Below are positions 38,140 through 49,546 of a DNA stretch of 64,000 nucleotides, piece by piece. The notes under the pieces were generated by a model, which worked only from the letters and a program-made list of their open reading frames with translations, was not told the origin of the DNA and ran no database searches. This stretch comes from Candidatus Multivoradales bacterium (GTDB lineage Bacteria; Acidobacteriota; Thermoanaerobaculia; Multivoradales; J023): the NCBI GenBank assembly GCA_965248925.1, contig CBDFLE010000006.1, forward strand, positions 1,792,001 through 1,856,000. The letters run 5' to 3'. A program made the position numbers and the translations under genes. The first letter of the stretch is position 1. Every line of letters starts with the position of its first letter.

Positions 38140-41100
38140 TCAGGTCTTCAGCAGTTCGACATCCAGACAAAGGCTCTGTAGTTCACGGACTAGCACATTA
38201 AACGACTCGGGCAGACCGGGCTCGTCCGGCACCTCGCCCTTGACGATCGACTCATAGACTCGGCTGCGGCCTTCGACATCGTCGCTCTTGACCGTCAGCA
38301 GCTCTTGCAAGGTGTAGGCGGCGCCGTAGGCCTGCATTGCCCAGACCTCCATCTCGCCGAACCGCTGGCCACCGAATTGGGCCTTACCACCCAACGGCTG
38401 CTGGGTGATCAGCGAGTAGGGGCCGATCGAGCGAGCGTGGATCTTGTCGTCCACCAGATGGGACAGTTTCAGCATGTAAATGTAGCCGACGGTGACCTTC
38501 TGCTCAAACTGCACTCCGGTCATGCCGTCAAAAAGGGTGGTCTTGCCCGAGGGCGGCAGGTTTGCCTCCGCCATGTACCTCTTCATGTCGGCTTCGCTGG
38601 CACCGTCGAAGACCGCCGTGGCAAATTTCAAGCCGAGAACCTGCCCAGCCCAACCGAGGTGGGTTTCGAGGATCTGGCCAACATTCATCCGACTTGGCAC
38701 GCCGAGCGGATTGAGCACGATCTCGACCGGCGTCCCGTCCGGCATGTAGGGCATGTCCTCCTCGGGCAGAACCCGCGAGATAACACCCTTGTTGCCGTGC
38801 CGACCCGCCATCTTGTCGCCCACCTGCAGCTTGCGCTTCATGGCGACGAAGACCTTGACCAACTTGATGACTCCCGGCGGCAGTTCGTCGCCCTTCTGCA
38901 TCAGTTGCACCCGCTCCTCGTTCACCCGGTGGATGACATCGATCTGCGAGTCGGTCTTGCGGTAGATCTTCTCGACCACTTCAAGGATCTGCGAATCGCG
39001 CACTGGCAGGCGCAGGACCTCTTGCCGAATTAGCCGATCGAGAACTTCGTGATTGACCGCCCCACCCTTCTCGAGCAAGGTTTCGCCATCACGCGCTTTG
39101 ACCTCAGCGGTAACTTTCTGGCCGTCCAGCAGGTCACGGATCTTCTTATTGCGCTCTTCGGTGAGAATCCGCGCCTCGTCCTTGATGTTCTTCTGCAGAC
39201 GAGCGATCTCTTCCTCGTCGATCTCCCGCGCCCGGGCGTCCTTCTCGACCCCCTTGCGGGAAAACACCTTGACATCGACCACCGTACCCTCGATGCCGGG
39301 GGGCACTTTCAGGCTAGCATCGCGCACATCGCCGGCCTTCTCGCCAAAGATCGCCCGCAGCAACTTCTCCTCCGGCGTCAGCTGGGTCTCGCCCTTGGGA
39401 GTGACCTTGCCTACTAGGATGTCGCCTGAACGAACATGGGCGCCAAGGCGCACGATGCCACTTTCGTCGAGATCCTTGAGTGCCGCTTCTGAGACATTGG
39501 GAATATCGCGGGTGACTTCTTCCGGCCCGAGCTTGGTGTCGCGAGCCTCGATCTCGAACTCTTCGATGTGAATCGAAGTGTAGTAGTCCTCTTTGACCAA
39601 CTTCTCGGACACCAGAATGGCGTCCTCGAAGTTGTAACCGCGCCAGGCCATGAATGCCACCAAGACGTTGCGTCCTAAGGCCAGCTCGCCATCCTCGGTA
39701 CACGGCCCGTCGGCCAGCACATGCCCCTTGGCGACCCGCATCCCCTCTTCGACCACCGGCTTCTGGCTGATGCAGGTGTTCTGGTTGGAACGGCGGAACT
39801 TGGTCAGGGTGTAAATGTCGGCACCGAAGTCTTCCTGCTCCCCGGTCTGCCGATTCTCGCCTTCGACCCGGACGATGATGCGCTCGGCATCTACCGAGTC
39901 AACCACTCCAGCGCGCCGCGCCGAGACCACGGCTCCTGAATCGCGAGCGACCGTTCCTTCGAGCCCAGTGCCGACGATTGGCGAATCGCTGCGCAGCAGA
40001 GGCACCGCCTGACGTTGCATGTTGGATCCCATCAAGGCGCGGTTGGCATCGTCGTGCTCGAGGAAGGGAATCAACGCCGCCGCCACCGACACCAACTGCT
40101 TGGGGTTGATATCCATGTACTCGACCCGATCCCGCTCGATGGTGATGAAGTCGCCACCGGCGCGAGCGATAACCCGCTCTTGGGAGAAGCTGCCGTCGGC
40201 TTCGACCTGAGTGTTGGCCTGGGCGATAACGTACTTCTCTTCCTCCCAAGCTGTGAGGTAGAAAGCGAAGGGATCGGCATCGACCAGCAGTTTCTTGGCT
40301 TTCTTGAGCCCTGCGTTCACCTTGGCAAACTCGTCGCCGGTGGTGATCTCGCCGAGCTTATAGGGACCTTCGCCGACTTTGGTGACCCGGAAGTGGTCGA
40401 GCACCCGTCCCTTCTCCACTTTCCTATAAGGGCTCTCGATGAAGCCGTAGTCATTGATCCTAGCGTAGGTCGCCAGCGACGAAATCAAGCCGATGTTCGG
40501 CCCTTCAGGGGTCTCGATCGGGCAGATTCGGCCGTAGTGGGAAGCGTGGACGTCGCGAACTTCGAAACCAGCCCGCTCCCGTGACAGACCGCCTGGGCCG
40601 AGGGCCGACAGGCGTCGCTTGTGAGTGACCTCGGACAGCGGATTGGTCTGGTCCATGAATTGCGACAACTGCGACGAACCAAAGAACTCCTTGATCGCGG
40701 CAATCACCGGCTTGGAGTTGATCAGGTCATGGGGCATCGCCGAGTCGATGTCTTGATGCACCGACATCTTCTCTTTGATCGCCCGCTCCATGCGCACCAA
40801 GCCAATGCGGAACTGGTTCTCCAACAGCTCGCCTACCGCCCGCACCCGGCGATTGCCGAGATTGTCGATGTCGTCGACCCGGCCGATGTCCTTGTGCAGA
40901 CGCATCAGATAGCCGATGACCCGATAGAAGTCATCCGCCGACAGGGTCTTTTGCTCCACCGGCACTTCGGTGTCGAGTTTGATATTGAACTTGAACCGGC
41001 CAACGCGGGAGAAGTCATAGCGCTTGGCATCGAAGAACATGCCGTAGAACAATGATCGCGCGCTCTCCAGCGTCGGAGGATCTCCAGGCCGCATGCGGCG

Positions 41101-42417
41101 GTAGATCTCCATCAACGCCTCTTTAGCGGTGCGCGTCTGATCCTTCGACAGGGTGTTAGACAGCAAATTGCCACACAGTTCCCAATCAGGGAAAAACACC
41201 TCAAGTTCGTTGGTGTTGCGATCCTTGACCCGCTCTTCCAGATCCTCAGGCACCAGATCGTTGGCCTCTAAGAGCACTTCGCCGGTCTCCAGATCCACGA
41301 TGTCGGCTACGAACATGGCGCGATCGAGTTCGGCGATTGTCACCTTGCGATCAACGGTCTTTTCGGCATCGAGCTTCTTGACCTCTTTGTCGGTCAGCGC
41401 AATGTTGGCAAAGAGCTGGTACTTGGCCCGCATGCCGTGGGTCTGGCGATCGCGCAAGCGTTCCTGCTCAAGCACCGTGGGCGGCAAGCTGAGGACGAAT
41501 TTTCCGTTGCCGGCCGACTTGAGCCCGATCGGCACGTAAAACTGGCGCAGGATGGACTCGTTGGTCTCCAATCCGAGAGCGCGAAGGAAAATCGTACCGT
41601 GAAATTTGCGCTTGCGATCGATGCGGACCGACAGCACCTCTTTCTGATCGTATTCGAACTCCACCCACGAACCACGGTAGGGGATGATCTTGGAGAGATA
41701 GGTACGCTTGCCGGATTTGGTGAAAAACACGCCAGGGCTACGATGCAACTGGCTGACGATCACCCTTTCGGTCCCGTTGATGACGAAAGTGCCGTAGTCG
41801 GTCATCAGCGGAATCTCGCCGAAGTAGACTTCTTCTTCTTTGGCGTCGCGCATCATCCGGGTGCCGGTCTCCGGATCTTTATCGTAGACAAAGAGCCGGA
41901 AAGTGACCTTGAGCGGCACCGCGAAGGTCATGCCGCGCTCTTGGCACTCGGTGATCGAATACTTGAGCTGCAGCTCGACCGGACCGCCACAGATATCGCA
42001 GCGAACCACCCGATTCTTGTTGACGAAGCCGCACTCGCCGCAGGTCACCGTCTCTTCGTGCGGGTGCTCGGTCATCACCTTGCAGCCACAATTGCTGCAG
42101 GTCATGCGCAGATATTCAAGCCCCTTGAGAGCGCTGCACTTGCACTGCCAATCGCCGATCGCGTACTTGACGAAATCGAGCGAACAGGTCTCGCGGAAGT
42201 CCGAGAACGGAAAAATACTAGTAAAGACAGCCTGCAAGCCGTGGCTGGCGCGCTCTTCCGGCAGCAAGTTCATCTGCAGGAAACGCTCGTAAGATCGACG
42301 CTGTACATCGATCAGGTTTGGAATCGCCAGCGTCGTCTCGATCTCCGAGAAGTCAACGCGCGTTCCGGCAAGCGCCTGCCTGGGGGTCTGGGAACCGTTC
42401 TTCATGAGAATCACCAC
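38140..42417 (-). CDS. rpoB: RNA polymerase beta subunit
   Basis: [13 protein letters not shown]; [12 protein letters not shown]; GGQRFGEME; start uncertain (42417/42414 GTG or 42405 ATG). Confidence 0.99.
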   Translation of the reverse strand: MVILMKNGSQTPRQALAGTRVDFSEIETTLAIPNLIDVQRRSYERFLQMNLLPEERASHGLQAVFTSIFPFSDFRETCSLDFVKYAIGDWQCKCSALKGLEYLRMTCSNCGCKVMTEHPHEETVTCGECGFVNKNRVVRCDICGGPVELQLKYSITECQERGMTFAVPLKVTFRLFVYDKDPETGTRMMRDAKEEEVYFGEIPLMTDYGTFVINGTERVIVSQLHRSPGVFFTKSGKRTYLSKIIPYRGSWVEFEYDQKEVLSVRIDRKRKFHGTIFLRALGLETNESILRQFYVPIGLKSAGNGKFVLSLPPTVLEQERLRDRQTHGMRAKYQLFANIALTDKEVKKLDAEKTVDRKVTIAELDRAMFVADIVDLETGEVLLEANDLVPEDLEERVKDRNTNELEVFFPDWELCGNLLSNTLSKDQTRTAKEALMEIYRRMRPGDPPTLESARSLFYGMFFDAKRYDFSRVGRFKFNIKLDTEVPVEQKTLSADDFYRVIGYLMRLHKDIGRVDDIDNLGNRRVRAVGELLENQFRIGLVRMERAIKEKMSVHQDIDSAMPHDLINSKPVIAAIKEFFGSSQLSQFMDQTNPLSEVTHKRRLSALGPGGLSRERAGFEVRDVHASHYGRICPIETPEGPNIGLISSLATYARINDYGFIESPYRKVEKGRVLDHFRVTKVGEGPYKLGEITTGDEFAKVNAGLKKAKKLLVDADPFAFYLTAWEEEKYVIAQANTQVEADGSFSQERVIARAGGDFITIERDRVEYMDINPKQLVSVAAALIPFLEHDDANRALMGSNMQRQAVPLLRSDSPIVGTGLEGTVARDSGAVVSARRAGVVDSVDAERIIVRVEGENRQTGEQEDFGADIYTLTKFRRSNQNTCISQKPVVEEGMRVAKGHVLADGPCTEDGELALGRNVLVAFMAWRGYNFEDAILVSEKLVKEDYYTSIHIEEFEIEARDTKLGPEEVTRDIPNVSEAALKDLDESGIVRLGAHVRSGDILVGKVTPKGETQLTPEEKLLRAIFGEKAGDVRDASLKVPPGIEGTVVDVKVFSRKGVEKDARAREIDEEEIARLQKNIKDEARILTEERNKKIRDLLDGQKVTAEVKARDGETLLEKGGAVNHEVLDRLIRQEVLRLPVRDSQILEVVEKIYRKTDSQIDVIHRVNEERVQLMQKGDELPPGVIKLVKVFVAMKRKLQVGDKMAGRHGNKGVISRVLPEEDMPYMPDGTPVEIVLNPLGVPSRMNVGQILETHLGWAGQVLGLKFATAVFDGASEADMKRYMAEANLPPSGKTTLFDGMTGVQFEQKVTVGYIYMLKLSHLVDDKIHARSIGPYSLITQQPLGGKAQFGGQRFGEMEVWAMQAYGAAYTLQELLTVKSDDVEGRSRVYESIVKGEVPDEPGLPESFNVLVRELQSLCLDVELLKT

Positions 42418-42493
42418 GCTCCTTGCGGATCGAGCCTGTCCGGGCGACGTGCTAAAGCAGTAGCGAGGGGGGTCTCGCTCCGAGACAGGCTGG

Positions 42494-42567
42494 AAAAAAT
42501 CTCAAAAACAGAAGACACCACACCCCACTTCACTGGATTTCGCCAGCGAAGATCGGGGGTGGTTTCG
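42494..42567 (-). terminator. Putative attenuator/terminator between rplL and rpoB
   Basis: Minus strand CCACCCCC..CTTCGCTGG-loop-CCAGTGAAG.GGGGTGTGG stem followed by TCTTCTGTTTTTGAGATTTTTT; analogous position to the E. coli rplL-rpoB attenuator. Confidence 0.55.
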
Positions 42568-42673
42568 ACGCGACCGGCGCAATCAAACCACTCCCCCACC
42601 GGGAGCGACCTCACGCCAACCGCCATCGCGGTGGTACCCGATCGCCGACCGGGCACCTGTCGAGCCTCAGGCA

Positions 42674-43048
42674 CTATTTGAGATCGACCTGGGCGCCAGC
42701 ATCCTCGAGCTTCTTCTTGAGCCCCTCGGCCTCGTCCTTGGAAACCGCTTCCTTGACCGGAGTCGGGGCGGACTCGACGAGATCCTTGGCCTCTTTTAGA
42801 CCTAGGCTGGTGATCTCGCGGACGACCTTGATAACGTTGATCTTCTTGTCGCCGTACGAGGTCAGGACAACGTCGAACTCGTCTTTGACTTCTTCCGCGG
42901 CATCACCGCCACCAGCAGCTGGCGCCGCCGCTACGGCCGCAGCCGCCGAGACCCCATAGTGGTCTTCGAGAGCCTTGACGAGATTGTTCAGCTCGAGCAC
43001 CGTCAAGCCGTCTATCTGCTGGATGAATTCTTCGGTCGCAATCGCCAT
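42674..43048 (-). CDS. rplL: 50S ribosomal protein L7/L12
   Basis: [24 protein letters not shown]. Confidence 0.98.
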   Translation of the reverse strand: MAIATEEFIQQIDGLTVLELNNLVKALEDHYGVSAAAAVAAAPAAGGGDAAEEVKDEFDVVLTSYGDKKINVIKVVREITSLGLKEAKDLVESAPTPVKEAVSKDEAEGLKKKLEDAGAQVDLK

Positions 43049-43187
43049 TTCTGTCTCCTCAGGTCCCCGCGCCCGGGGCCCATTCATTCTGCCTGGTTGC
43101 GTTTTCTTTGCGAGTTCCCAGGCAGCAAATGCCGGGTTCCCGTTAATCTCGTCTGTCGATCTCTTCTCAGTGGAGCGACAAGCCCAC

Positions 43188-43712
43188 TCAACCTTCCTTC
43201 TGCTGCGCGATCTGGTCGAGCACGACCACGAAATCACGACTGATGGCCGACAGGCCACGAACGAAGCGTGTCACCGGCGACTGCAACAAGAACAGCAGCT
43301 TGGCGATCAGCTCCTCGCGACTCGGCATCTTGGCAATTTCCTGAATCGTTTCGGCGGCCACCACCTGACTGTCCAGTAGGCCACCTTTGAATTCGATCGC
43401 CGGCACGGTCTTAGCAAAGTCGGTGAGCGCCTTCGCCAACCCGACCGGATCCTCATCGGTGTAGGCGACGGCGGTCGGCCCCTGGAAGTGCTCACCGAGC
43501 TCCGCCAGAGGCTTACCTTCGGCGGCCCGGACCGCCAAGGTATTCTTGACCACCTCGTAGCTGCCACCGCGCGCACGAATATGAGACCGCAACTCAGTAG
43601 CCTGAGTAACGGTGACACCCTTGAAGTCAAGCAAGAAAGCGTGCGGGGCCAAGGCGAAGCCAGCCTCGTACCGCTCGATCATCGTTTGTTTCTGCGTCCT
43701 GCTCAGAGCCAT
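43188..43712 (-). CDS. rplJ: 50S ribosomal protein L10
   Basis: ELR.......Y.VVKNTL; GPTAVA; MPSREEL. Confidence 0.96.
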   Translation of the reverse strand: MALSRTQKQTMIERYEAGFALAPHAFLLDFKGVTVTQATELRSHIRARGGSYEVVKNTLAVRAAEGKPLAELGEHFQGPTAVAYTDEDPVGLAKALTDFAKTVPAIEFKGGLLDSQVVAAETIQEIAKMPSREELIAKLLFLLQSPVTRFVRGLSAISRDFVVVLDQIAQQKEG

Positions 43713-43722
43713 GGTTGTTCTC

Positions 43723-44427
43723 CTAAGCCTCGGCCGCCACTAGCTGGCTATCTTCTAGCCTGAGCCCCGGCCCCATGGTTGAAGTCAGGCTGGCAGACAA
43801 GACGTAGCGCCCCTTGGCTGCTGCCGGCTTGGCACGGACCACCGAGGTGATCAACGCCTCTGCGTTTTGACCTAATTGCTCGACCTGGAACGAGAGCTTG
43901 CCCAGCGGCGCTTGGATGATCCCCGCCTTGTCGACACGGTACTCGACCTTGCCGGCATTGATGTCGGTGATCGCCTTGGCAACGTCGAAAGTCACGGTGC
44001 CAGATTTGGGATTGGGCATCAGGCCACGAGGACCCAACACGCGACCCAGCCGGCCCGCCACTCTCATCATGTCTGGAGTCGAGATCACGGCATCGAAATC
44101 AAGCCAGCCGTCCTGGATCTTCTTCGCCAGATCTTCGCCGCCAACATGGTCCGCGCCAGCGTCTTCAGCCTCTTTGACCTTCTCGCCGCTAGCGAAAACC
44201 AGAATCCGCACGCTGCGGCCGGTGCCATTGGGCAGCACCACCGAGCCTCGGACCATCTGGTCGGCATGCTTCGGATCAACCCCGAGTCGCATGCTGATCT
44301 CCAGCGTCTCGTCGAAGCCAGCATAAGAATGCTGCTTCAGAAACTCGATCGCCTCGCCCAGCCGGTAGACCTTGTCGGCCTCCATCTTGCTGAGGACACT
44401 GTTGTATTTCTTGCCTCTTTTCGCCAC
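43723..44427 (-). CDS. rplA: 50S ribosomal protein L1
   Basis: [14 protein letters not shown]; [14 protein letters not shown]; GTG start. Confidence 0.98.
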   Translation of the reverse strand: MAKRGKKYNSVLSKMEADKVYRLGEAIEFLKQHSYAGFDETLEISMRLGVDPKHADQMVRGSVVLPNGTGRSVRILVFASGEKVKEAEDAGADHVGGEDLAKKIQDGWLDFDAVISTPDMMRVAGRLGRVLGPRGLMPNPKSGTVTFDVAKAITDINAGKVEYRVDKAGIIQAPLGKLSFQVEQLGQNAEALITSVVRAKPAAAKGRYVLSASLTSTMGPGLRLEDSQLVAAEA

Positions 44428-44443
44428 CTTATGATCTCCCGAC

Positions 44444-44869
44444 TCAGGCTTCGACTTCGATGCCCATCGACCTGGCGGTGCCGGAGATGATCCGCACCGC
44501 GGCGTCGAGCGACGCCGCATTGAGGTCGACCATCTTAGTCTTGGCGATTTCCTCGACCTGCGCCACCGTCACCGTGCCCACCTTTTCGCGATTCGGCTCG
44601 CCACTGCCCTTGGCAATAGCGGCCGCCTTCTTGAGCAGTACCGCCGCCGGCGGTGTCTTGGTGATGAACGAATAGGACCGGTCGGCGTAGACCGTGATGA
44701 CGACCGGAATGATCGTCCCTTGATCTTGTTGTGTACGGGCATTGAACGCTTTGCAGAAGTCCATGATGTTGACCCCCGCCTGGCCCAACGCCGGACCCAC
44801 CGGCGGAGCCGGCGTGGCCTGACCACCCGGAATTTGCAGCTTGATCTGCCCGATGACTTTCTTGGCCAT
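44444..44869 (-). CDS. rplK: 50S ribosomal protein L11
   Basis: [21 protein letters not shown]. Confidence 0.98.
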   Translation of the reverse strand: MAKKVIGQIKLQIPGGQATPAPPVGPALGQAGVNIMDFCKAFNARTQQDQGTIIPVVITVYADRSYSFITKTPPAAVLLKKAAAIAKGSGEPNREKVGTVTVAQVEEIAKTKMVDLNAASLDAAVRIISGTARSMGIEVEA

Positions 44870-44900
44870 TGGCTAACCTCTCAAGCTCAGAGCCCGCGGC

Positions 44901-45434
44901 TCAGAGCTTCTCCACCTGAAGGAATTCGAGTTCCACCGGCGTCTGACGACCAAAGATGGTCACCATTACCTTCAAGGTACTGCGATCGAGATTGACGTCC
45001 TCGACGATACCGGTGAAGTTGTTGAACGGACCATCGACAATCTTAACCGTCTCACCCTTGTCGAAAATGTACTTCGGCTTCGGCTTTTCCTGCGCCGACA
45101 TCACTTGCTCGAGAATCTGATCGACCTCTTGCTGGGTCAGCGGCGTCGGCTTCTTGCCGGTGCCTACAAAGCCCGTGACTTTAGGCGTGTTCTTCACCAC
45201 ATGCCACGCCGCGTCGGACATCTCCATCTCGACCAAGATGTAGCCGGGGAAGAATTTGCGCTGGGTCTCGCGCTTCTTGCCTCCCTTGAGCTCGATAATG
45301 GTCTCGGTAGGAATCCGCACCTCACCGAATTGCTCACCCATATCGTGCGCTTCGGCTCGCTGCTTGAGCGTTTCAGCCACCCGCTCTTCGAAGCCGGAGT
45401 AGGTGTGCACGATGAACCACTGCAAATTGGCCAT
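44901..45434 (-). CDS. nusG: Transcription termination/antitermination factor NusG
   Basis: W..VHTYSG.E; FFPGYILV; KOW GPF..F.G. Confidence 0.98.
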   Translation of the reverse strand: MANLQWFIVHTYSGFEERVAETLKQRAEAHDMGEQFGEVRIPTETIIELKGGKKRETQRKFFPGYILVEMEMSDAAWHVVKNTPKVTGFVGTGKKPTPLTQQEVDQILEQVMSAQEKPKPKYIFDKGETVKIVDGPFNNFTGIVEDVNLDRSTLKVMVTIFGRQTPVELEFLQVEKL

Positions 45435-45640
45435 CAGATCCCCAAAACAGTGAAGATGAGCTGGTATGCACGGACGAAGATCCAGTCAGCCGCGAACAGG
45501 TAGATACTGAAGACGGCGCTGGTCACCACCACCACTATCGTGGTCGAAATCACTTCCGGCCGCCCCGGCTTGGTGACCTTCTTCCACTCGGACTTGACCT
45601 CGGGAAGGAACTCTCTGAAAAAGTAGCGCAGTTTGTTCAT
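45434..45640 (-). CDS. secE: Preprotein translocase subunit SecE
   Basis: EV..EWKKVT.P...E....T.VV; single TM; between tRNA-Trp and nusG. Confidence 0.9.
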   Translation of the reverse strand: MNKLRYFFREFLPEVKSEWKKVTKPGRPEVISTTIVVVVTSAVFSIYLFAADWIFVRAYQLIFTVLGI

Positions 45641-45668
45641 CGCTCGTCTCAGCTTCCTAGATGTCACC

Positions 45669-45744
45669 TGGCAGGCCAGGAGGGTCTCGAACCCCCAACC
45701 CCCGGTTTTGGAGACCGGTGCTCTACCAATTGAGCTACTGGCCT
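45669..45744 (-). tRNA. tRNA-Trp(CCA)
   Basis: Cloverleaf AGGCCAG...anticodon loop CTCCAAA...GGTTCGA...CCA, 76 nt. Confidence 0.97.
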
Positions 45745-45799
45745 AGAAACTCTGCGGCGCAACACCGGCAACACCGGCGCAACGCCAATCACTTCACAC

Positions 45800-46984
45800 C
45801 TACTCGATGATCTCGGAAACGGTGCCGGCGCCAACCGTGCGGCCACCTTCGCGGATAGCAAAGCGCACGCCCTTTTCCATGGCGATCGGCGCGATCAACT
45901 GGACCGACAGCGCCACGTTGTCGCCCGGCATCACCATCTCCACCCCTGCGGGCAGCTCTGAGGCACCGGTGACGTCGGTGGTGCGGAAGTAGAACTGCGG
46001 CCGATAGCCGTTGAAGAACGGAGTATGACGCCCCCCTTCTTCTTTGTTCAGCACGTAGACTTCGCCGTTGAACTTGGTATGCGGGTTGATCGAGCCGGGC
46101 TGGGCCAACACCTGACCGCGCTCGACCTCGTTCTTCTTGGTGCCGCGCAGCAAGATGCCTACGTTGTCCCCCGCCTCACCCTGATCGAGCAACTTGCGGA
46201 ACATCTCGACCCCGGTGACCACCGTCGTGGCGGTGTCGCGGATGCCGATGATCTCGATCGACTCGCCGACCTTGACCACTCCACGCTCGATCCGCCCGGT
46301 CACTACCGTGCCACGGCCCTGGATGGTGAAGATGTCCTCGATCGGCATCAAGAAAGGCTTGTCGATCTCGCGCTCCGGCTGCGGAATGTATTCATCGCAG
46401 GCGGCCATCAACTCCATGATCTTCTCGCTCCAGGCCTCGTCGCCCTCAAGGGCCTTGAGTGCCGAGCCCTGGATGATCGGGATGTCGTCGCCGGGAAAGT
46501 CGTAGGAACTCAGCAGCTCCCGCAGCTCCATTTCGACCAGCTCCAGCAGCTCTTCGTCGTCCACCACGTCGCATTTGTTCATGAACACGACCATCGAAGG
46601 CACGCCTACTTGACGCGCCAACAGGATGTGCTCGCGAGTCTGCGGCATCGGGCCATCAGCGGCCGAGACCACCAGGATAGCGCCGTCCATCTGCGCCGCG
46701 CCGGTGATCATGTTCTTCACGTAGTCGGCGTGACCTGGGCAGTCGACGTGAGCGTAGTGCCGATTCTCGGTCTCGTACTCCACATGCGCGGTAGCGATGG
46801 TGATGCCACGCTCGCGCTCTTCAGGAGCCTTGTCGATATTGTCGAAAGCGGTGAACTCCGCCAGACCCTTGTCAGCCAGAACTTTGGTGATCGCCGCCGT
46901 CAACGTCGTCTTGCCATGATCGACGTGGCCGATCGTGCCGATGTTGACATGCGGTTTCGTCCGCTCGAACTTCTCCTTAGCCAT
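45800..46984 (-). CDS. tuf: Elongation factor Tu (tRNA-operon copy)
   Basis: Protein identical to the copy at 29059-30243. Confidence 0.99.
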   Translation of the reverse strand: MAKEKFERTKPHVNIGTIGHVDHGKTTLTAAITKVLADKGLAEFTAFDNIDKAPEERERGITIATAHVEYETENRHYAHVDCPGHADYVKNMITGAAQMDGAILVVSAADGPMPQTREHILLARQVGVPSMVVFMNKCDVVDDEELLELVEMELRELLSSYDFPGDDIPIIQGSALKALEGDEAWSEKIMELMAACDEYIPQPEREIDKPFLMPIEDIFTIQGRGTVVTGRIERGVVKVGESIEIIGIRDTATTVVTGVEMFRKLLDQGEAGDNVGILLRGTKKNEVERGQVLAQPGSINPHTKFNGEVYVLNKEEGGRHTPFFNGYRPQFYFRTTDVTGASELPAGVEMVMPGDNVALSVQLIAPIAMEKGVRFAIREGGRTVGAGTVSEIIE

Positions 46985-47275
46985 GGTGCTTCAAACTCCT
47001 CAAAACTGAGTTGTTGGCAGCTGCCCCCGACCGAGTGCGCTGCCAATCGTCTTTAAAACTCTGACCGCAGGGCTCTCAACACGAAACCCCCTCCGGAGCC
47101 AATCTTGAGGCGCTGACGAATCCTGGCCGGACCCGCTTCTCAGCGAGTCGCTTTCCGACTTTCGCGACCAGCTCCGAGAATCAGGAACTTGACGCCAAGC
47201 TGGCTCTAGAATGCTATCTACCGATCGAATCTCTGGCTAAACCTTCGACCCTTAACGATTTAGCGACCAATCCAA

Positions 47276-47350
47276 TGGAGCCCACGACCGGATTTGAACC
47301 GGTGACCCCTTCCTTACCAAGGAAGTGCTCTACCCCTGAGCCACGTGGGC
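47276..47350 (-). tRNA. tRNA-Thr(GGT)
   Basis: GCCCACG...CTTCC-TTGGTAA-GGAAG...GGTTCAAATCC...CCA. Confidence 0.96.
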
Positions 47351-47606
47351 CGAAGTTTGTGCGCCGTCGTCACCAAGGGTATGCGACTGGCTAGCGAGCC
47401 ACCCAAGCGCTCCGTATCCTCCTGGACCTCGAAAACTCTGGATTCGGTATTTCGTCGGTTCCCGACTTCGGCACCGCGATCAAGCTGACTTGATCGACGG
47501 CCCGCCCGAGGTAGCGCCGAAGACAAGTCCGCGCACCCTACCAGCCGCCCTGTTCCCTGTCCAGAGATTTATCTACGAGGCCAGCTCCGCTGGCGGCGAG
47601 CCAAGT

Positions 47607-47681
47607 TGGAGCGGGAGACGGGATTCGAACCCGCGACCAACAGCTTGGAAGGCTGTGACTCTACCCCTGAGTTACTCCCGC
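47607..47681 (-). tRNA. tRNA-Gly(TCC)
   Basis: GCGGGAG...ACAGC-CTTCCAA-GCTGT...GGTTCGAATCC...CCA. Confidence 0.96.
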
Positions 47682-47718
47682 CGGAACGAGCCCGATTCAC
47701 CGGACCCGCAGCTCCAGT

Positions 47719-47804
47719 TGGTGGAGGCGGGTGGATTCGAACCACCGTAGGTTTACACCGGCAGATTTACAGTCTGCTGCCTTTGACCGCTCGGCCACAC
47801 CTCC
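47719..47804 (-). tRNA. tRNA-Tyr(GTA)
   Basis: GGAGGTG...GCAGA-CTGTAAA-TCTGC, long variable arm, CCA end. Confidence 0.96.
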
Positions 47805-47892
47805 CCGAAATCTCTTCGGTATGCCCGTCTGAAGCGACGGAGTCTCCCCCGATTTCCTCAGACGATGCTTCAAAGATCCAAACTCGCTCGAG

Positions 47893-47968
<76 letters not shown>

Positions 47969-48046
47969 GGCTGCGCCCTCTGAGCCGCACGCGGGTTCCT
48001 GGAAGAGCCAAGAATCTTGAATCCGCAAGCCGTCAGCGAGCGGGCG

Positions 48047-48075
48047 AGTCTATACACTCACCTAGTGGGTTGCAA
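48047..48075 (-). promoter_or_regulatory. Putative sigma-70 promoter of tRNA-tuf operon
   Basis: Minus strand TTGCAA-17 nt-TAGACT followed by GC-rich discriminator CGCCCGC. Confidence 0.7.
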
Positions 48076-48083
48076 GAGTCCTT

Positions 48084-48827
48084 CTAGCTCTTTTTCGCTG
48101 CTTTTCCGAGACGCTGCCGCAGGGCCTCGTAGAGCACCGCCGACAGCGCCGTCGAAACGTTGAGCGACTCGACTTTGCCGCGCATCGGTAAACCTACTAA
48201 CGCGTCGCAAGACCGCCTGGTTTGCTCGCGCAAGCCGTTCTGCTCGCCGCCGAAGCACAGCACCAGATTGCCGGTCAAATCGATTTCCCAAGGCGGCATG
48301 CCGGCCGCATCTGCACCATAGACCCAGAACCCCTTGGCCTGTAGTTCGCGGATAGTGCGCGAACTATTGGTGATCCTCTCCACCGACAGCCACTCGCTAG
48401 CACCGGCAGAGACCTTCGCGACGGTAGCTCCCAGCGGGGCAGAACCCCGGTCGCGGACCATTAGTTGGCCAACACCCGCGCCTTCGCAAACCCGGATCAT
48501 CGCTCCTAGATTGTGTGGATCCTGGATGTCTTCCACCAACACCTGGAGCCCCGGATCGGCGCCACGGTGAGTCTCACCGACCGCCAGCCTAACCTCAGCC
48601 ACAAAGCCATTGTGGTGCTCGCTGCCGGCCAGCGTCTTCAACTCATGCTCGGAGACGGTTTCGACTCCGACCTGCCGTCGCATGCCGAGCTGCTCGATCT
48701 CAAGACGCCGTTTGTCAGCCCGCCGCGACGCCGACACCAGCACTCTCAGCACCCGCTGCGGGCGGTGGCGCAGCAACTCGCGTACCGGGTGGTAGCCGTA
48801 GACCAGCTCGCTGCGGGGGGATTTCAT
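48084..48827 (-). CDS. rlmB: 23S rRNA (Gm2251) 2'-O-methyltransferase, SpoU family
   Basis: DPHNLGA.IR; G.E..GL; ESLNVS. Confidence 0.9.
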   Translation of the reverse strand: MKSPRSELVYGYHPVRELLRHRPQRVLRVLVSASRRADKRRLEIEQLGMRRQVGVETVSEHELKTLAGSEHHNGFVAEVRLAVGETHRGADPGLQVLVEDIQDPHNLGAMIRVCEGAGVGQLMVRDRGSAPLGATVAKVSAGASEWLSVERITNSSRTIRELQAKGFWVYGADAAGMPPWEIDLTGNLVLCFGGEQNGLREQTRRSCDALVGLPMRGKVESLNVSTALSAVLYEALRQRLGKAAKKS

Positions 48828-48871
48828 CTCGGGCTAGCTGGCGCGAAGCTGGAAAGGGGAGAAAACCACCG

Positions 48872-49426
48872 CTAGACCGCCAGAATGTCCTTTTCTTTGA
48901 CTTCTAGAATCGAACCGGTGAGGCCGATGTAGTGATCATGGAGTTTCTGCGTCTCGTCATATCCCCGATGCTCCTCGTCCTGGCTTATCTCCTTGTCCTT
49001 CTCTTTGTGCTTCAGACCATCATTGCCTTCACGGCGGGCCTGGCGAATGCCGTTGCGAGTTGCTTCGGCCATGTCGTGCGCTCTCTTTACCAGTTCTTTG
49101 CGCCGCTCCTCGGTCAGCGGCGGAATCGGCAGGCGAATCACCTTGCCGTCATTGGCGGGATTGAGACCAATACCGGAGGAGTGGACAGCGCGTTCGATGT
49201 CACCGATCAACGATGGGTCCCACGGCTGGACCACGATCAGCGTAGCTTCGGCGACCGACAAGTTGGCAACCTGACTCAGCGGTGTCGGTGTGCCGAAATA
49301 GTCGACCCTCACGGAATCGAGGATCGCCAGCGAAGCGCGCCCTGCACGCAGCGTCTTGAGCTCTTCCCGAAAATGATCGACGGCATGCTTCATTTTGACT
49401 TCGATCTCGCGGTAGAACTCCTTCAT
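48872..49426 (-). CDS. frr: Ribosome recycling factor
   Basis: LR.GRA; GLNP.NDG..IRL.IPPLTEERRKEL. Confidence 0.97.
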   Translation of the reverse strand: MKEFYREIEVKMKHAVDHFREELKTLRAGRASLAILDSVRVDYFGTPTPLSQVANLSVAEATLIVVQPWDPSLIGDIERAVHSSGIGLNPANDGKVIRLPIPPLTEERRKELVKRAHDMAEATRNGIRQARREGNDGLKHKEKDKEISQDEEHRGYDETQKLHDHYIGLTGSILEVKEKDILAV

Positions 49427-49546
49427 TGGACCTCCTTGAACGGTCTGCGACTGACACCAGCAGAGTCAGCTTGATGCCTAAGAAATGCTCTTTGGACGCT
49501 CAAATCTTGCCGCGCTTCGCGGCAGCCTGTCAACCTGCAGCCGAGG

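Noticed and set aside
40560-40700. Rifampicin-resistance changes in RpoB (and streptomycin changes in RpsL)
   Set aside because: The cluster I sequence [22 protein letters not shown] and the RpsL PKKPNS / RVKDLP motifs look wild type
49504-49533. Internal frr promoter (minus strand TTGACA-18 nt-CAAGAT)
   Set aside because: Perfect -35 but weak -10 and overlapping a GC hairpin; not strong enough to list as a feature
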